NCBI GenBank assembly: GCA_963824525.1
Contig: CAWGPI010000004.1
Span: 458,222-522,221 of the forward strand
Source of the DNA: an uncultured Gammaproteobacteria bacterium
GTDB lineage: Bacteria > Pseudomonadota > Gammaproteobacteria > Xanthomonadales > Rhodanobacteraceae
Direction of reading: 5' to 3'
Length of the DNA: 64,000 nucleotides
The notes beneath the pieces are model-generated. The model was not told the origin of the DNA. It did no database searches and saw only the letters and a list, made by a program, of their open reading frames with translations. Both the position numbers and the translations under genes were made by a program. Shown here in pieces: positions 59,149-64,000 of this stretch; within the stretch, counting starts at the first letter, position 1, and every line of letters starts with the position of its first letter.

Positions 59149-60799
59149 GCACCAGCATCAGTCCACTGGCCGGCAAGCCCGCGCCACGATCCTTACTGGT
59201 CGACGTGGCGAAACTGCTCGCCGCCTATGCCGATCTGCAACCCGATCCTGCCGAGCCGACCCAGCGCGTTGCGTTCGGCACCTCCGGGCATCGCGGCAGT
59301 TCGTTCGAGCGCAGCTTCAACGAGTGGCATGTGCTGGCCATCAGCCAGGCGATCTGCGAGTACCGCAAGAGCAAGGGCATCGACGGCCCGCTGTTCATGG
59401 GCATCGATACCCATGCGCTGTCGCAGCCGGCGTCAGGAAGCGCGCTGGAGGTGCTGGCCGCCAATGGCGTGGAGACGATGATCGCCGTGGGTGGCGAGTT
59501 CACGCCGACGCCGGCGATCTCGCACGCCATCCTCGGTCTACAACCACGGACGCTCGGCAGGGCTGGCCGACGGCATCGTGATCACGCCATCGCACAATCC
59601 GCCCGACAACGGCGGCTTCAAGTACAACCCGCCCAACGGCGGCCCGGCCGACACCGACATCACCGGCTGGATCCAGGACCGCGCCAATGCGCTGCTCGAA
59701 GGCGGCCTGAAGGAGGTCAGGCGAATGCCGTTTGCGCGGGCGCGCAACGCAGCCACCACGCATGAACATGATTACCTGGACGCCTACGTCGACGACCTGG
59801 GTGGCGTGATCGACTTCGACGCGATCCGCGGCGCCGGCGTGCACATGGGCGTCGATCCGCTCGGCGGCGCCGGCGTGCACTACTGGGCGCCGATCGCGGA
59901 ACGCTACAAGCTCGACCTCACCGTGGTCAGCGACGAAGTCGATCCGCAGTTTGCCTTCATGACGGTGGACTGGGACGGCAAGATCCGCATGGATCCTTCT
60001 TCGTCCTACGCCATGCAGCGGCTGATCGGGCTGAAGGACCAGTACGACGTCGCCTTTGCCTGCGATACCGATCACGACCGCCATGGCATCGTGACCCGCA
60101 GCAGCGGCCTGATGGAGCCGAACCATTATCTGTCGGTGCTGATCGACTACCTGTTCCGGCATCGCCCGAAATGGGGCGTCGCCGCCGCGGTCGGCAAGAC
60201 CGTGGTCAGCACCGCGCTGATCGATCGTGTGGCCAAGCGCCTGCAGCGCAAGCTCTACGAGGTGCCGGTGGGCTTCAAGTGGTTCGTCGACGGCCTGTTC
60301 GACGGCTCGCTCGGTTTCGGCTGCGAGGAGAGCGCGGGCGCGTCGTTGCTGCGCCGGGACGGCTCGGTTTGGACCACCGACAAGGATGGCATCGGTGCCG
60401 GCGCTGCTGTCGGCCGAGATCACCGCGCGCGGTGGCCGGGATCCCGGCGAGCTGTATGGCGAGCTCGCCGGCGAACTGGGCAAGCCGTTCGCCGATCGCG
60501 TCGAAGCGGCCGCCACGCCGGCCCAGAAAGCAGCGCTGGCAAGACTTTCGCCGAAGCAGGTGCAGAGCAAGCAGCTGGCCGGCGAGAAGATCGAGCAGGT
60601 GCTGGACCAGGCGCCGGGCAACGGCGCGGCGATCGGCGGCATCAAGGTGATCTCGGCCAGCGGCTGGTTTGCCGCGCGCCCGTCCGGCACCGAAGAGATC
60701 TACAAGATCTATGCGGAGAGCTTCAAGGATGAGGCCCATCTGACATCCATCCTGCAGGAAGCGCAGCAGATTGTGGATGCTGCGCTGAAGAGCTCCTGA
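59145..60799 (+). CDS. pgm: Phosphoglucomutase (two apparent frameshifts)
   Basis: [40 protein letters not shown]. Confidence 0.92.
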
Positions 60800-60832
60800 C
60801 AACCGCGTCATCGTGCCCTTTACAGGTGTCCC

Positions 60833-62884
60833 ATGGCCAACGATCTCGACCAACGATGCATCAATACACTTCGCTTCCTATCCGTCGACATGGTGCAAAA
60901 GGCCAATAGCGGCCACCCCGGGCTGCCGCTTGGCGCGGCGCCCATGGCCTATGTGCTGTGGATGCACTGGCTAAAGTTCAATCCGCATGACCCGCACTGG
61001 TTTGATCGCGACCGTTTCGTGTTGTCTGCCGGCCATGGCTCGGCCTTGCTGTATAGCCTGCTGCACATGACGCGGTTACGCGCTCTCGATGGACGACCTC
61101 AAGCAATTTCGCCAGTGGGGCAGCAAGACGCCGGGACATCCGGAGCGCGGTGACACACCAGGTGTGGAAACCACCACCGGGCCGCTGGGTCAGGGCGTGG
61201 CCAACGCGGTGGGCATGGCCATCGCCGAAGCTCAGCTGGCCGCCCGCTACAACCACGCGGGGCACGCGGTGATCGATCACTACACCTATGCGCTCGTCAG
61301 CGATGGCGACCTGATGGAAGGCGTGTCGCAGGAGGCGGCCTCGCATGGCCGGGCATCTCAAGCTCGGCAAGCTTATCTGCCTGTACGACGACAACTGGGT
61401 CACCCTTGCGGCCGGCACCGACATGACTTTTTCCGAGGATCGCGCGCGCCGCTTCGAGGCTTATGGATGGCACACCGTGAGGGTGGCCGACGGCAACGAC
61501 CTGGTCGCCATCGACGCGGCGTTGCACGCGGCCCGCGCGGAAGTCGACCGACCATCGCTGATTCTCGTGCGCACGCATCTCGGCTATGGCTCGCCCGAGC
61601 AGGACACCTTCAAGGCGCACGGATCGCCACTCGGGGTGGAGAGTGTGCGCAAGACCAAGCAGAACCTCGGTTGGCCCACCGAGCCCGATTTCCTGGTGCC
61701 TGACGATGGCGCTTGCGCACTTCCGTGCCGCGGTAGATCTTGGGAAACGCCAGCAGGCCGATTGGGATGCGCGGATGAGTGCCTACGCCAAGGCGTTTCC
61801 CGAACGCCACGCCGAGCTTCAGGGTGCGGTGCGTGGAGAGCTGCCGGCGGGTTGGGACGCCGATATTCCGAGTTTTCCCGCCGATGCCAAGGGCATCGCC
61901 ACGCGCGATGCTGCCGGCAAGGTCATGAACGCGATCGCCCCGAAGCTTCCCGCCCTGACCGGTGGCTCTGCCGATCTCGATTCATCGACCAAGACTGCGC
62001 TGAAGGGGCTGGGCGACTTCAATCCAGACGCTACCAAGGGTGAGGATCTGCAAGGTTCCGATCCGGCGGGTTGGAGTCGGCAGGGAAGAAACCTGCATTT
62101 CGGTTTGCGCGAACATGCCATGGGCGCCATCGTCAACGGCATCGCCGCGCATGGTGGCTTGCTTCCCTATGGTGCGACGTTCCTGATGTTTTCGGACTAT
62201 ATGCGTCCACCCATGCGGCTGGCGGCGCTGATGGGCTTGCATGTGATCCACGTGTTCACCCACGACAGCATCGGCCTGGGCGAAGACGGTCCCACGCATC
62301 AGCCGGTGGAGCACCTGGCCAGCCTGCGCGCCATGCCCAATCTGGTGCTGATCCGCCCCGCCGACGCGAACGAAACGGCGGTGGCCTGGCGGGTTGCCGT
62401 GGAAACACGCGGCGGCCCCGTGGTGCTCGTGCTGACGCGGCAAGACGTGCCCACGCTCGATCGCACTCGCTATGCATCCGCCGACGGGTTGCGCCAAGGC
62501 GCTTATGTGCTCGCCGATGCGAAAGATGGCAAGCCGGAACTGATCCTGATCGCCAGCGGCTCGGAAGTCAGCCTTGTCGTCAAGGCGGCCGAGCGGCTGG
62601 AGGCGGAAGGCATCGCCGTGCGTTGCGTGTCCATGCCGAGCTGGGAGCTGTTCGATGCACTTCCGCAGGCCAAGCGCGATGCGGTGCTGCCGCCATCAGT
62701 CGGTGCGCGATTGGCGGTCGAGCTTGGCGTGGAGCAAGGCTGGGAGCGCTACATCGGCGCGCACGGCGACATGATCAGCGTCGAGCGCTTCGGAGCTTCC
62801 GCGCCGATCAGCGTGGTGCTGCCCAAATACGGATTCACCGAGGACGCCGTCTACGCGCGTGCGAAAGCCTTGCTGGGCAGGTGA
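60833..62884 (+). CDS. tkt: Transketolase (several apparent frameshifts)
   Basis: [48 protein letters not shown]. Confidence 0.93.
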
Positions 62885-62912
62885 GGCGGCGTACGCGGTG
62901 AACGCGCAGCGC

Positions 62913-63818
62913 TCATTCCTTCTTGATCGGATGGCCGCCAAATTCATTGCGCATGGCCGATAGCAGCTTGTCGGAGAATGAATCGTTGTCGCGCGAGCGT
63001 AGTCTCTCGATCAGCGACTGGGTGATGATGGGGGCGGGCACATTGAGCTCGATAGCCTCGTCCACCGTCCAACGACCTTCGCCGGAGTCGACCACATAGG
63101 GCGCAATGCCGCTCAATTGCGGATTCTTCTGCAAGGCATCGGCAGTGAGATCCAGCAGCCACGAGCGAATCACACTGCCGTAGCGCCAGATCTCGGCAAC
63201 AGCTTGCAGATCCAGCGCAAACGCCTGCTTTTGCTGGAGTATCGCGAAGCCTTCCGCATACGCCTGCATCATGCCGTACTCGATGCCGTTGTGGACCATC
63301 TTCACAAAGTGTCCGGAGCCGACTGGGCCGACCCGACTCCAGCCTTTGTCCTTGTCCGGTGCAAGTGTTTCGAAGATCGACCTGAGGCGATCCACAACCG
63401 CCTCGTCGCCACCGACCATCATGCTGTAGCCCTCGGCGAGACCCCAGACACCGCCACTGGTGCCGCAGTCAACATAGGCGATGCCCTTGTCGGTGAATCG
63501 CTGGGCCCGGCGCAAGGTGTCCTTGTAGTAGGAATTGCCGCCATCGATCACGGTGTCGCCCGTTTTCAAGATGGGTAGTAGTGCGTTGAGAGTGCTATCG
63601 GTGATCTCGCCGGCAGGCACCATCAGCCACAGCACGCGTGGCGGGGCCAGTGCGGTCACCAGTGCGGGCAGCGAGTCGCGCGACTGGGCGCCCTTTTTCT
63701 CCAGCTCGTTACGCGCCTGCGCGTTTGGATCGAAGCCCACCACGAGGTGGCCACCCTGCATCAAGCGTTGGGCCATATTGGCGCCCATGCGCCCGAGGCC
63801 AATCATGCCAATGTTCAT
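62913..63818 (-). CDS. gnd: Short-type 6-phosphogluconate dehydrogenase, decarboxylating
   Basis: GLGRMG, IDGGNS, CGTSGG, GHFVKMVHNGIEYG, SGEGRWT, MRNEFGGH; 301 aa. Confidence 0.94.
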   Translation of the reverse strand: MNIGMIGLGRMGANMAQRLMQGGHLVVGFDPNAQARNELEKKGAQSRDSLPALVTALAPPRVLWLMVPAGEITDSTLNALLPILKTGDTVIDGGNSYYKDTLRRAQRFTDKGIAYVDCGTSGGVWGLAEGYSMMVGGDEAVVDRLRSIFETLAPDKDKGWSRVGPVGSGHFVKMVHNGIEYGMMQAYAEGFAILQQKQAFALDLQAVAEIWRYGSVIRSWLLDLTADALQKNPQLSGIAPYVVDSGEGRWTVDEAIELNVPAPIITQSLIERLRSRDNDSFSDKLLSAMRNEFGGHPIKKE

Positions 63819-63888
63819 ACGATGTCCTCGACTGAGATCTCGACGTGCTTCTTGGTGAATAGGCCGGGGAGGGCAGGCCGCGGTTTCT

Positions 63889-64000
63889 TCATCGCGTCAG
63901 CGAACCCCGGAACCTGGTTTGCACCCGTGGCGTGAAGCGTGTCCGGTAATAGGCCTCGGCGGCTTTTTGAATCGCCTCGGCCTGGGTGGGATAGGCGTGG
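63889..64000 (-). CDS. C-terminus of a pyridine nucleotide-disulfide oxidoreductase (Lpd/MerA-like), truncated by the window edge
   Basis: Reads HAYPTQAEAIQKAAEAYYRTRFTP...*, a variant of the class I H-x-x-P-T-x-x-E tail; absent from the ORF track. Confidence 0.75.
   Translation of the reverse strand, partial: HAYPTQAEAIQKAAEAYYRTRFTPRVQTRFRGSLTR

Noticed and set aside
59070-59200. Pgi C-terminus reads in frame into Pgm (apparent Pgi-Pgm fusion)
   Set aside because: Lies in the indel-dense zone, and GTGA at 59145-48 is the usual stop/start overlap, so a single indel explains it
63889-64000. Mercury resistance gene merA
   Set aside because: The visible C-terminus lacks the vicinal Cys-Cys pair of true MerA and no mer genes are in the window

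Overview
GC-rich gammaproteobacterial chromosome segment; gene content suggests Xanthomonadales/Rhodanobacteraceae (inference). In order: (1) type IV minor pilin cluster pilV-W-X-Y1-E, convergent with recCBD; (2) a hairpin-dense non-coding stretch that looks like a multi-branch structured RNA (~15810-16190) next to an orphan, internally duplicated helical protein; (3) a micro-oxic/nitrosative-stress block: qNor, NsrR, Fnr, cbb3 oxidase ccoNOQP-H-I-S, FdxA, cytochrome c/FTR1 permease, group III truncated haemoglobin and NnrS, with readable FNR, NsrR and Fur boxes; (4) an uncharacterised membrane protein behind a remote FNR promoter, and an SDR; (5) a six-gene amino-acid decarboxylation cluster (PotE-like antiporter, orphan binding protein, DcaP-like porin, two divergent PLP Lys/Arg/Orn decarboxylases, AdiC-like antiporter), followed by SulP and an RND pump whose adaptor carries a fused OmpA-like peptidoglycan-binding domain; (6) a deletion scar joining the 3' ends of two lost genes; (7) a pentose-phosphate cluster zwf-HAD-tal-pgi-pgm-tkt plus convergent gnd. 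Dense frameshifts at ~56.4-61.8 kb are most likely sequencing errors. No CRISPR array, tRNA, rRNA or transposase was seen. All calls come from motif recognition by eye; no database search was run.
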